Under the pieces are notes generated by a model. It searched no databases. It had not been told where the DNA came from and saw nothing but the letters and a program-made list of their open reading frames with translations. Below, piece by piece: positions 40,480 to 49,609 of a DNA stretch of 64,000 bases; positions within the stretch are counted from its first letter, which is position 1, and every line of letters starts with the position of its first letter. The translations under genes and the position numbers were made by a program. Origin of the DNA: Myxococcota bacterium (GTDB lineage Bacteria; Myxococcota_A; UBA9160; UBA6930); the NCBI GenBank assembly GCA_965223415.1, contig OZ245002.1, positions 3,872,001-3,936,000 on the forward strand, given 5' to 3'.

Positions 40480-43400
40480 CTAGTGGTAGTCGTGGGACCC
40501 GTAGCCTCGCCCCCGCCCGCTTCGGCCGCCGCTTCCAGGGGATTTCACTTCGGTCTCCATGGCGAGGGGCCGGATGCTCCCGACCTTCACGTGGATGACC
40601 CCGTCCACGTTCTGGATCGGCCCGGCCACCTCGAGCAGCGGGGAGGCGTGCAGGGGGATCCGCAGCCGGGCGAAGGCGTCCGGCGTGAGGACCGCGTTGG
40701 AGGTGCCCGTCTCGTCCTCCAGGGTGAGGAAGCAGAAGCCCTTCGCCGAGCCCGGGCGCTGGCGCACGATCACGTGGCCGGCGGTGCGCACGAAGCGCCC
40801 ATTCGGCAGCTCCTTCAGCGCGCCGGCGGAAAGGACGCCGCGGGCCCGGAGCTCCGCACGCAGGTGGCTCATGACGTGGGGCCCGGTCGTGATGCCCGTC
40901 GTGCGGTAGTCGGCCAGGGTGGTTTCGAGGGGGCTGAGCTCCTCGAGAGGGGAGGGCGCGTCGCTCCCGGGCGGCTTCGCCCCGGCGAAGAGCGACTGGG
41001 GATCGCGCTCCACCGCGGCCACCTGCCAGATCGCCGAGCGTCGCGTCGGCGCCGCCGGGTCGATCGACGCCAGGGCGCCGCTCTCGGCCAGGGCAAAGGT
41101 CTCGTCTCGCTTGGGCGCCACCCGCTTCGCGAAGTCCGCCAGCCCCTCGAAGGGCGCCTGGGCGCGCTCCATCGCGATCCGCTCCCCCGTCTCCTTCGCC
41201 AGCCCCGCCACGTACCGCAGCCCCACCCGCGGCCGCGGTCCCGTTTCGCCGGGTTCGAGGACGCACTTCCAATCGGAGTGGGCAACCTCGATGGGGAGGA
41301 CGGTGACGCCGTGGCGCTGGGCGTCCTTCACGAGGGTGGCGGGGTTGTAGAAGCCCATGGGCCAGGCGTTCAGCATGCCGACGAGGAAGGCGGCCGGATG
41401 GTGGGCGCGCAGGTAGGCGGAGGCGTAGGCGATCAGGGCGAAGGAGGCCGAGTGCGATTCGGGGAAGCCGTAGAGGGCGAACGACGTGATGCCGCGGACG
41501 ATCTCCTCCTGGGCTTCGCCGGTGATGCCGCGCGCCTGCATGCCGCTGCGTAGCCGCTCCTCGATCTCGGCCATGCGCTCCACCGAACGCTTGAAGCCCA
41601 TGGCCCGGCGCAGCTCCTCGGCCTCGCCGCCGGTGAAGCCCGAGGCCTCCATCGCCAGCCGCAGGAGTTGCTCCTGGAAGATCGGCACGCCCAGGGTGCG
41701 CTTCAGGATCGGCTCGAGGGAGGGATGCGGATAGGTCACGGGCTCGCGCCCGGCCCGGCGGTTCAGGTAGGGGTGCACCATCTGCCCCACGATCGGCCCG
41801 GGCCGGATGATCGCGATCTCTACCACCAGGTCGTAGAAGCAGGCGGGCTTCATGCGCGGGAGCGTCGCCATCTGGGCGCGGCTCTCGATCTGGAAGACAC
41901 CGACGGTGTCGGCCTCCTGGATCATGGCGTAGGTCTTCCGGTCGTCCGGGGGCAGGTGGGCCAGGTCGATCTCCACCCCTTCGTGCTCGCGGATCAGCGG
42001 GATCGTCTGCTCCAACGCATCGAGCATGCCGAGGCCGAGGAGATCGATCTTGATGATCCCCAGGTCGGCGCAGTCGTCCTTGTCCCACTGCACGACGCGC
42101 CGGTCCGGCATGGCAGCGGGCTCGATCGGCACCACCTCGTCGAGCCGGTCCTGGGCGATGACCAGGCCTCCGGTGTGCTGGCCCAGGTGCCTCGGCAGCC
42201 CCTGCATCTGCTCCGACAGCTCGAGCAGGAGCTGGACGCGGGGTGAGCGAGGATCGACGCCGGCCTCCCGGAGCATGGCGCAGGTGTCGTCCAGGTCCTC
42301 CCGGAAACGGAACTGGCGCAGCTTCTTCGAGAGCCGGTCGAGGAAGTCGGCCTCCATGCCGAGCACCTTGCCGATCTCGCGGAAGGCGGAGCGGGTGCGG
42401 TAGGAAATCACCGTCGCGGTCATGCCCACGCCGTGGGGGCCGTACTTCTCGTAGACGTACTGGATCGCCTTCTCGCGCTGGTCGCCGGAGGGGAGGTCGA
42501 GGTCGATGTCCGGCCACTCGCCGCGCTCCTCGGAGAGGAAGCGCTCGAAGAGGAGCTCCATGCCCACCGGATCCACCGCCGTGATGGAGAGCGCATAACA
42601 AACCGCGCTGTTTGCCGCCGAGCCCCGGCCCTGGCACAGGATCCCCTCTTCCCGGGCGAAGCGAGCGATGTCCCAGACGATCAGGAAGTAGCCGGCCAGG
42701 TCGAGCTTCTCGATCACCGCGAGCTCGTGCTCGATCTGCGTGCGCGCGCGCGGCGGCAGGGGATCGCCGTAGCGCTCCCGTGCCCCGGAAAAGGTGAGCC
42801 TGCGCAGCCAGGAGCTCTGGCTCTCGCCCGGTGGCGTCGGATAGATGGGAAAGCGGTAGCCCAGGTCCTCGAAGGTGAACGCGCAGCGTTCGGCCACCTG
42901 GCGGGTCGCGCGCAGCCAGGCGGGCCGATCGGCGAAACGCGCTGCCATCTCGGCGGGCGTGCGCAGGACGCGCTCGCCGTTCGGCAGCAGCTCCCGCCCC
43001 GCCTGGTCGAGGCGGGTCTTCGCGCGCAGGCAGGTGAAGGCGTCGAGCAGCCGCCGGCCCTCGGGGCGCGCCACCCGCACGTCGCCCCAGGCCAGGACGG
43101 GGACGTCGGAGCTCTCGGCCACCGCCACCGCGAAGCGGCTCTGGCCCTCGAGCGCGCGATCGAGGGCGCGGGCCACGCCGACCGCGACACGGCCCCCGCC
43201 GAAGACGCCCTTCAGCCGATCGAGTCGCGCCGGCGTGAGGGAGCCGCTGGCGGGCACCAACGCCGTGAGCCCGCCCGCGTGGGCCTCGAGCTCCTCCCAG
43301 CCGGCCCGGGCCTCGCCCTTGGGCGCGTTCCCCTGGGCCGTGGTGAGCAGTCGCGCCAGGTTCCGGTAGCCCTGGCGGCTCTCGGCCAGGAGCACCAGGG

Positions 43401-43632
43401 GCGCACCACCGGCAGCGGACAGCTCGGCCCCCACGATGGCGCGCACCCCGGCCCGCCGTGCCGCGGCGTGGAAGCGAGGGGCGCCGTAGAGGCCGTCCCG
43501 ATCGGCCAGGGCCAGCACGCCGTGCCCCAGGGCGGCTCCCTGCTGGACCAGATCCTCCGGGTTGGACGCGCCTTCCAGGAAGGAGAACGCGCTTCGGCAC
43601 CGGAGCTCGACATAGGGGGAGGCGTCGGGCAC
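40480..43632 (-). CDS. dnaE2: Error-prone DNA polymerase III alpha subunit DnaE2
   Basis: YVELRCRSAFSFLEGAS, CQGRGSAANS, PDIDLD, QWDKDDC, GFPESHS, RQRPGSAKG and C-terminal SHDYH (SRDFH-like). Confidence 0.96.
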   Translation of the reverse strand: MPDASPYVELRCRSAFSFLEGASNPEDLVQQGAALGHGVLALADRDGLYGAPRFHAAARRAGVRAIVGAELSAAGGAPLVLLAESRQGYRNLARLLTTAQGNAPKGEARAGWEELEAHAGGLTALVPASGSLTPARLDRLKGVFGGGRVAVGVARALDRALEGQSRFAVAVAESSDVPVLAWGDVRVARPEGRRLLDAFTCLRAKTRLDQAGRELLPNGERVLRTPAEMAARFADRPAWLRATRQVAERCAFTFEDLGYRFPIYPTPPGESQSSWLRRLTFSGARERYGDPLPPRARTQIEHELAVIEKLDLAGYFLIVWDIARFAREEGILCQGRGSAANSAVCYALSITAVDPVGMELLFERFLSEERGEWPDIDLDLPSGDQREKAIQYVYEKYGPHGVGMTATVISYRTRSAFREIGKVLGMEADFLDRLSKKLRQFRFREDLDDTCAMLREAGVDPRSPRVQLLLELSEQMQGLPRHLGQHTGGLVIAQDRLDEVVPIEPAAMPDRRVVQWDKDDCADLGIIKIDLLGLGMLDALEQTIPLIREHEGVEIDLAHLPPDDRKTYAMIQEADTVGVFQIESRAQMATLPRMKPACFYDLVVEIAIIRPGPIVGQMVHPYLNRRAGREPVTYPHPSLEPILKRTLGVPIFQEQLLRLAMEASGFTGGEAEELRRAMGFKRSVERMAEIEERLRSGMQARGITGEAQEEIVRGITSFALYGFPESHSASFALIAYASAYLRAHHPAAFLVGMLNAWPMGFYNPATLVKDAQRHGVTVLPIEVAHSDWKCVLEPGETGPRPRVGLRYVAGLAKETGERIAMERAQAPFEGLADFAKRVAPKRDETFALAESGALASIDPAAPTRRSAIWQVAAVERDPQSLFAGAKPPGSDAPSPLEELSPLETTLADYRTTGITTGPHVMSHLRAELRARGVLSAGALKELPNGRFVRTAGHVIVRQRPGSAKGFCFLTLEDETGTSNAVLTPDAFARLRIPLHASPLLEVAGPIQNVDGVIHVKVGSIRPLAMETEVKSPGSGGRSGRGRGYGSHDYH

Positions 43633-43639
43633 GAAACGG

Positions 43640-43668
43640 ATTTTCGTCTTTTCTTCGCCACGGGTCAA
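43640..43668 (-). promoter_or_regulatory. Putative dnaE2 promoter (TTGACC-17-GAAAAT) containing the direct repeat CGAA-N7-CGAA
   Basis: Hexamer spacing is seen directly; -10 lies 7 nt upstream of GTG 43632. Confidence 0.5.
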
Positions 43669-43703
43669 GTGTTCCTGCCCGGGGTTTCCGCCATCTTCGA
43701 GGT

Positions 43704-44078
43704 GTGGAACCGGGTCCTCTCGCTCTCGTCGTCGACGACGAGCCCATCGTCCAGCGCCTCGTGGCGCGCATCTTCGAGCGGGACGGCATCGAGGTGTGTC
43801 CGGCGATCGACGGCGACGGCGCCCTCGAGCGCATCCGCGACCGCACGAGGCCTATCGACCGCGCGCTGATCGACGCCACCGTGCCGCCGGGCGGCGCCGC
43901 CCCCGTGATCGAGGCCCTGCTCGACCTCGACCCCCGTCCCCTCGTGGTCGTGACCAGCGGCAAGCCCCTCGACGGCGACCTGCAGCTCCTCGTCGAGCGC
44001 ATCGGCGCCGTCTACCTGCCCAAGCCCTTCGGTCCCCAGTCCCTGCTCGATGCCGTGGAGGCCGCCCGTCGGTCGTGA
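43704..44078 (+). CDS. Single-domain response regulator (receiver)
   Basis: LVVDDEP, LIDATVP, VTSG, LPKPF. Confidence 0.85.
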   Translation: MEPGPLALVVDDEPIVQRLVARIFERDGIEVCPAIDGDGALERIRDRTRPIDRALIDATVPPGGAAPVIEALLDLDPRPLVVVTSGKPLDGDLQLLVERIGAVYLPKPFGPQSLLDAVEAARRS

Positions 44079-44148
44079 GCCGCCGGCACGCTCGCCGCAT
44101 CGCTCGCGTGCTCCCGCCGGGTCCGCACCGGTTTGCGAGACTCCCGCC

Positions 44149-45093
44149 GTGACCCGGGTCCTCGTCATCGGTGCCGGAGCGGCCGGGCTGGCCGGCGCCC
44201 GCCGGCTCCAGGCCCTCGGCTGCGACGTCGAGGTGATCGAGGCCTCGGGCCGGGTCGGAGGCCATCTCACCGAGCTGCCCCTGTGCGTGCTGGACGCTGA
44301 GGCCCAGGAGGCCCTCGCCGTGCTCGGCGTGCGGGAGCTTCCGTCTGTCGGCGCGAGCGAGATCGCGGAGGCCGGTGCTCCGTCCGAGCCGGTTCGCACC
44401 ACCGGAGGGTGGCGAGCTCTCGCCCGTCGGTGGCTGGCAGGGCTCCGCCCGCGCATCGCCGCGCCGCCTCCTCCCCGGGCTCCCGCCCTGATCCCCGGGG
44501 CGGCCCTCGCCCACGCCCTGGCTCCGGACGTGCCCGTCCGCTTCGGGTGGGAGGTGCTCGACGTGAAGGGCTCGGCCGTGGCCGCGACGGTCCAGTACGT
44601 CGCGCCCAGCGGAGAGCGCAGTCAGGACGCCGACGCGGCCCTGGTGACGCTGCCTGCCGAGCCGGGGACCGGCGTCGAACGTCGTCTGGCGATCTTCTTC
44701 ACGGCGGGCTGCGACGGGGGCGCCGCCGCGGCGGCTGCGACCCACGGGGCCGTACCGCCGGGAAGCGAGGCGGCCCACGTGTGGATCCTCCGGGACGGGG
44801 ACCACGGGGTCGTGCGCATCGACCTGACCCCGGAGGCCTCCCGGGCGCTCTGGGATGCGGACGACGAAGAGCTGGCGACCTCCGTGTGGGACCTGCTGCC
44901 CGCCGACCTGCGGCTCGCCGAGGCGCGCCCCCAGGTGCACCGGTTCTGCGTGCCCGTGGCGGCCCCGGTCGACGCCGGCGACCTCCGGGTCGCCCGCGTG
45001 CCCGCGGCCGGCGACCTCGGCGCCACCCTCCGCGCGGCGGTCGCCACCGCCGAGGAGCTGGTCCAGCGGATCCATGGCAGCATGGCGCCATGA
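44149..45093 (+). CDS. Divergent FAD/NAD(P)-binding oxidoreductase (amine oxidase-like)
   Basis: VLVIGAGAAGLAGA...IEASGRVGG; the remainder is poorly recognisable. Confidence 0.65.
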   Translation: MTRVLVIGAGAAGLAGARRLQALGCDVEVIEASGRVGGHLTELPLCVLDAEAQEALAVLGVRELPSVGASEIAEAGAPSEPVRTTGGWRALARRWLAGLRPRIAAPPPPRAPALIPGAALAHALAPDVPVRFGWEVLDVKGSAVAATVQYVAPSGERSQDADAALVTLPAEPGTGVERRLAIFFTAGCDGGAAAAAATHGAVPPGSEAAHVWILRDGDHGVVRIDLTPEASRALWDADDEELATSVWDLLPADLRLAEARPQVHRFCVPVAAPVDAGDLRVARVPAAGDLGATLRAAVATAEELVQRIHGSMAP

Positions 45094-45890
45094 CCACGCC
45101 GAACTCCTGGAACGACGACACCGAGTACGATTTCGGGGCCCTGGTCGGCGCCCTGAACCGCTACTTGCGGCTCCGCACCACCCCCGTGGGCATGAAGCGC
45201 TTCCGCGACGCGGCCGAGCTCGAGGGCATCCACCGGCTGCGTCGCCCGCCCGAGGGAGAGAAGCTCGCCACCGACCAGATCGTCGGGCAGTCCCGCTGGC
45301 TCGGCTACACGATCGGCATCACGATGGAGAATCTGGTCGGCGCCCAGTGCGGGGCCGTCGTCGGGCTGCACCCCCGGGACGAGGGCTTCCTGAGCGGCCA
45401 CATGTTCAACGGCGTGTGGTACGGCGATCTCGAGAGCAGCGCCCGGCACCAGGAGGAGATGTCCTGCGCACCGTTCGGCGAGTACGAGGCCCTGGTCACC
45501 TCGCCGCTCACCTCCGGCCGCATCGACAACCCGGACATCTGCCTGGTCTACGGCACGCCCGGGCAGATGATCACCCTGATGAACGGCCTCCAGTACCGGA
45601 ACTACCGCAAGTACACCTTCACCTGCGTCGGCGAGAGCGCCTGCGCCGATTCCTGGGGCCGCGCGCTCCAGAACGGCGAGCCCTCCCTGTCGATTCCCTG
45701 CTACGCGGAGCGCAAGTTCGGCGGAGTCCAGGACGACGAGATGCTGATCGCGCTGGCGCCGCGTCACCTGCCCGGCATCGTGGACGGCCTCGCGTCCTTG
45801 AGCAAGAGCGGGCTCCGCTACCCGATCCCGAACCACGGGCTCGACAAGTCCCCGATCGCGAGCCTCGCCCAGAGCTACGGCGAACGTTAG
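45090..45890 (+). CDS. DUF169-family protein
   Basis: LRLRTTPVG, GESACADSW, SIPCYAERKFGGVQDDEM. Confidence 0.85.
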   Translation: MTTPNSWNDDTEYDFGALVGALNRYLRLRTTPVGMKRFRDAAELEGIHRLRRPPEGEKLATDQIVGQSRWLGYTIGITMENLVGAQCGAVVGLHPRDEGFLSGHMFNGVWYGDLESSARHQEEMSCAPFGEYEALVTSPLTSGRIDNPDICLVYGTPGQMITLMNGLQYRNYRKYTFTCVGESACADSWGRALQNGEPSLSIPCYAERKFGGVQDDEMLIALAPRHLPGIVDGLASLSKSGLRYPIPNHGLDKSPIASLAQSYGER

Positions 45891-45892
45891 GC

Positions 45893-47062
45893 GTGGCCCC
45901 GGACCTCGACGTCTCGATCGAGGAGCTCCGTCGCCGGCGGGGCGGCAAGTGGACCGCCTTTCCGCCCGACGTCCTCCCGGCCTGGGTGGCGGACATGGAC
46001 TTCCCCATCGCCGAGCCGATTCGGGAGGCGGTACTCGGCGTGCTCGAACGGAACGACGCCGGATACCCCGGGGAAGACTCGCACCGGGCCCTCGGCGCCG
46101 CCTTCGCGGCGCGCATGCAGGAGCGCTTCGGCTGGGCCCCCGATCCGCCCAAGGCCCTCCCCGTCGGCGATCTGATCCAGGCCATGATCGCGAGCGTGGC
46201 CAGCCTGACGGCGCCGGGCGAGGGCGTTCTGATCCAGACGCCCATCTACTATCCCTTCCTCCAGATCGTGGAGCTGCTGGGACGGCGCCTCGTCGAGAAT
46301 CCCCTGGTCGAGACCGGCGACCGCTACGAGATGGACCTGGACGGTCTGGACCGGGCGATCGACGAGGGGACGCGACTCGTCCTCTTCTGCAATCCCCACA
46401 ACCCGACCGGCCGCGTGTTCGAACGCCGCGAGCTCGAGGGCCTGGCCGAGCGGGTCCTGCGTCATGACCTCGTCGTCGTGTCCGACGAGGTGCACTCGGA
46501 CCTCGTCTACCCGGGTGCGACCCACGTCCCCTTCGCGTCCCTCGGGCCGGAGATCGCCTCCCGCACGATCACGCTGAACGCCGCCACCAAGGCCTTCAAC
46601 ATCGCCGGTCTGAAGTGCGCCCTGATCCACTTCGGCTCCAAGGCGCTCCGGGATCGCCTGGTCTCCGCCTTCCACCCGCGCCTGCTGGGCAGCCCCAACG
46701 TCTTCGGCATCGAGGCCACCCTCGCGGCCTGGCGCGACGGGGAGGTGTGGCTCACGGCAGCCGTCCGGCAGCTCGACGCGAACCGCGACACGCTCGCGCG
46801 CTTCCTCCGCGACCGGCTTCCGGAGGTGGGGTTCCATCCGCCGGAGGCGAGCTTCCTGGCGTGGATGGACTGTGGTGGGCTGGAGCTGCCCTCGCGGCCG
46901 TACGAGTTCTTCCTGTCCGAGGCGCGGGTGGCATTGAGCGACGGCGCGGTGTTCAGCTCTCGGAGTGACGGGTTCGTGCGGTTGAACTTCGCGACGGCGG
47001 CGGGGGTTCTGGGAGAGGTGCTCGAGCGGATGGAAGCGGCGGTGCGGGGGGCGGCGGCGTAG
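45893..47062 (+). CDS. PatB/MalY-family PLP-dependent C-S lyase/aminotransferase
   Basis: WVADMDF, CNPHNPTG, SDEVHSDL, TKAFNIAGL, RLNFAT. Confidence 0.92.
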   Translation: MAPDLDVSIEELRRRRGGKWTAFPPDVLPAWVADMDFPIAEPIREAVLGVLERNDAGYPGEDSHRALGAAFAARMQERFGWAPDPPKALPVGDLIQAMIASVASLTAPGEGVLIQTPIYYPFLQIVELLGRRLVENPLVETGDRYEMDLDGLDRAIDEGTRLVLFCNPHNPTGRVFERRELEGLAERVLRHDLVVVSDEVHSDLVYPGATHVPFASLGPEIASRTITLNAATKAFNIAGLKCALIHFGSKALRDRLVSAFHPRLLGSPNVFGIEATLAAWRDGEVWLTAAVRQLDANRDTLARFLRDRLPEVGFHPPEASFLAWMDCGGLELPSRPYEFFLSEARVALSDGAVFSSRSDGFVRLNFATAAGVLGEVLERMEAAVRGAAA

Positions 47063-47193
47063 CCCGGTCGTGGCGGCGTGACTCTCGGGGTTGGGGTTGG
47101 TTGGGATCGGGCGCGTTCGGGTGGTTTCGCGGCTTCCTTCTCTCCTGCGGAACACCGGGGCGTCCCGGCCAGCTGGGAACGGGCCGGACGACG

Positions 47194-48714
47194 CTACCGA
47201 CTCCCGCCCAGCTCCTCCCGCAGCTCGTGCTTCAGGATCTTCATCGTCGCGTTCCGAGGCAGGGCGTCCCGCAGCTCGAGCTGCTCCGGGATCTTCTGCG
47301 TCATGAGGCCCGCCGCACGGCAGTGTTCCACCATCTCGTCGAACTCCAGGGGTGACGCTCCCGGCGCGGTCTCGACCACGGCGCAGACGCGTTCTCCCCG
47401 AGTGGGGTCCGGCAATCCGATCACGGCGACGGCACCGACCTTCGGGTGGGTGTAGAGGACGTCTTCCACCTCCTGGGCGGAGACGTTCTCGCCCTTGCGG
47501 ATGATGACGTCCTTGAGGCGCCCGGTGAGGACGACGTGGCCGTCCGCTCGGAGCAGACCGAGGTCCCCTGTGCGGAAGCGGCCCACGTCGTCGAAGGCAT
47601 CGCGGTCCAGCGCGGGGTCGGTGTAGCCGTGGAAGAGCATCGGGCCGGCGACCCGTACCTCGCCCGGCTCGCCGGGGCCCGCGTCCCGGCCGTCCGGTCG
47701 GACGATCGAGACGCGCAGCCCTTCCACCGGCGCGCCTTCGCTGTGGGCGAGCTGGTCGTCGCTGTCGGTCGGGCGGCCCTGGCTGATCATCGGGCATTCG
47801 GTCATGCCGTAGCCGTGGGCGATGGGGATGTGGAGCTCGCGTTTGACTTCGAAGTAGAGCTCGGCCGGCATCGGGGCGCCGCCGCCGGCGAGGGCGCGGA
47901 GGGTGGGGAAGGCGGGCTCGTCGGGGCTGCGGCGTTGGTGCTCGAGCAGCATGGCGTAGAAGGCGGTGGAGCCGCCGGCCAGGGTCACACCGTGGCGTCG
48001 GAAGAGCCGCGCTGCTCCGTCGGGGGCGAAGCGCTCCATCAGGAGTGCACCGAAGCCGGCCTCCAGCATGGCGATGACGTAGTCGGGCCCACCGATGTGG
48101 GCGTAGGGGAAGGCGATCGAGCCCAGGTCGTCTTCGCCGGTGCCGAGGGCGGCGGCGAGGCCGCGGCCGGCGGCGAGGAGCGACGCGTCGGTGTGGAGGA
48201 CGCCCTTCGGGTCGGAGGTGGTGCCGGAGGTCGTGTAGATCCAGCGCACGTCGTCGGCGGAGGTGGGAGGGGCGGGAAGGCCCGCCGGGTCGCCCTCCGG
48301 CAGCGCGTCGTAGGCGACGAGGACCTCCGGCGGCTCCGGCAGGCCGCGAGCGACGCTGCGTGCCATGGCCGCGTAGTCGAAGCCGTTCCAGACCCCCGGC
48401 GTGAGCACGAGGTGCGGCCGGGTCTGGCGCAGGCAGAAGCCCACCTCCCGCTCCCGGTAGAGGTGGATGATCGGGTTCTGGACGGCGCCGAGCCGGCACA
48501 GGGCGAAGGAGGCGACCAGGGTCTCGATGCGCGTGGGGAGCTGCCAGGTCACCGGCGTGTCGGCAGCGACGCCGAGCGCCGCCAGGCCCGCCGCCACGCG
48601 CTCCGCCCGGTCCCGGAACGCGCGAAAGCTCGTCCGCCGGTCCTCGGCGTCGATCAGCATCGTGCGGTCGGGGCTCCGGGCGACCCGCCACTCGAGCAGC
48701 TCCCAGAGGGTCAT
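47194..48714 (-). CDS. Acyl-CoA synthetase (AMP-binding; cyclohexanecarboxylate-CoA ligase-like)
   Basis: YTTSGTTSDPKG, YGMTE, FRTGDLG, GRLKDVIIRKGEN. Confidence 0.92.
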   Translation of the reverse strand: MTLWELLEWRVARSPDRTMLIDAEDRRTSFRAFRDRAERVAAGLAALGVAADTPVTWQLPTRIETLVASFALCRLGAVQNPIIHLYREREVGFCLRQTRPHLVLTPGVWNGFDYAAMARSVARGLPEPPEVLVAYDALPEGDPAGLPAPPTSADDVRWIYTTSGTTSDPKGVLHTDASLLAAGRGLAAALGTGEDDLGSIAFPYAHIGGPDYVIAMLEAGFGALLMERFAPDGAARLFRRHGVTLAGGSTAFYAMLLEHQRRSPDEPAFPTLRALAGGGAPMPAELYFEVKRELHIPIAHGYGMTECPMISQGRPTDSDDQLAHSEGAPVEGLRVSIVRPDGRDAGPGEPGEVRVAGPMLFHGYTDPALDRDAFDDVGRFRTGDLGLLRADGHVVLTGRLKDVIIRKGENVSAQEVEDVLYTHPKVGAVAVIGLPDPTRGERVCAVVETAPGASPLEFDEMVEHCRAAGLMTQKIPEQLELRDALPRNATMKILKHELREELGGSR

Positions 48715-48730
48715 CGGCCCGCCCGCCGAC

Positions 48731-49588
48731 TCAGTCGAGCTTCAGGACCTTGCGGGCGTTGTCGCGCAGGAACTTCGGCCACACGTGGTCGCGGAAGGGC
48801 ACCTCGGGCATGTCGGTCATGATGCGCTCGAGGGAGAGCCCCATCGGGAAGTAGCCGGCGTAGATGATCTTGTCGGCGCCCCGGGTGTTCGCGTACTTCA
48901 CGATCTCCTCCGGGTAGTACCGGGGCGCGAAGGCCGAGGTGGAGTAGTAGAGGTTCGGCCACTTCAGCATCAGCTTCATGGCCAGCTTCTCCCACGGCTC
49001 GCAGCCGTGGCGGGTCACGAAGACCAGCTCCGGGAAGTCGTACATGACCTGGTCGACGTGCTCGACCTTCTGGGGCCACATCGGGAAGCGCGGTCCCGGC
49101 ACGCCGACGCAGGAGAAGATCGGCACGTCCAGCTCCACGCACTTCGCGTAGATCGGATACATCTTCGCGTCGTTGATGGCGACCTGCGGGTTGAAGCCTG
49201 CGTTGAAGGCGCCGAAGGAGGAGACGCCGAACTCCTCGTACTGCCGGACCATGTCGCGGATGCCTTCCATCCCGCGGTTCGGGTCCACGTTGCCCTGGCC
49301 GACGAAGCGGTCGGGGTGGTCCTTCAGGGCCTTGTTCGTCACCTCGCCGCCGACGCCGATCAGGCCGATCTCGACGCCGAAGCGGTCCATCTCGTGCAGG
49401 GTGATGGAGATCGGGTCCTTCGAGCCGTACAGCTCCTTCGGGACGTGCTTGAACATGTACTCGACCGGGAAGTCGAACTCCTTCGAGCCGTCCTTCAGCT
49501 GCTTGCGGATGAAGTCGTACTGCTCGAAGTCCTGCGCGGGAAAGCCGATCATGCAGTCGACGATGCCGATGTCGGCGGGCATGCCCAT
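48731..49588 (-). CDS. Amidohydrolase_2-family protein
   Basis: YPIYAKCVELDVP, RHGCEPW, NLYYSTSAFAP. Confidence 0.88.
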   Translation of the reverse strand: MGMPADIGIVDCMIGFPAQDFEQYDFIRKQLKDGSKEFDFPVEYMFKHVPKELYGSKDPISITLHEMDRFGVEIGLIGVGGEVTNKALKDHPDRFVGQGNVDPNRGMEGIRDMVRQYEEFGVSSFGAFNAGFNPQVAINDAKMYPIYAKCVELDVPIFSCVGVPGPRFPMWPQKVEHVDQVMYDFPELVFVTRHGCEPWEKLAMKLMLKWPNLYYSTSAFAPRYYPEEIVKYANTRGADKIIYAGYFPMGLSLERIMTDMPEVPFRDHVWPKFLRDNARKVLKLD

Positions 49589-49609
49589 GGGGGGTCCTTT
49601 CGTCGCGGC

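Noticed and set aside
40067..44002. 1311-aa ORF and other long Arg/Gly/Pro-rich ORFs (e.g. 45887-48691, 48467-50983, 11970-14048)
   Set aside because: Off-frame or antisense shadows of real genes, expected in high-GC DNA; no recognisable motifs.
47063..47193. G/T-skewed intergenic stretch with a hairpin (CGTCCCGGCC...GGCCGGACG) as an ncRNA
   Set aside because: Lies between convergent genes and is most simply a terminator or REP-like hairpin; single copy and no family features.
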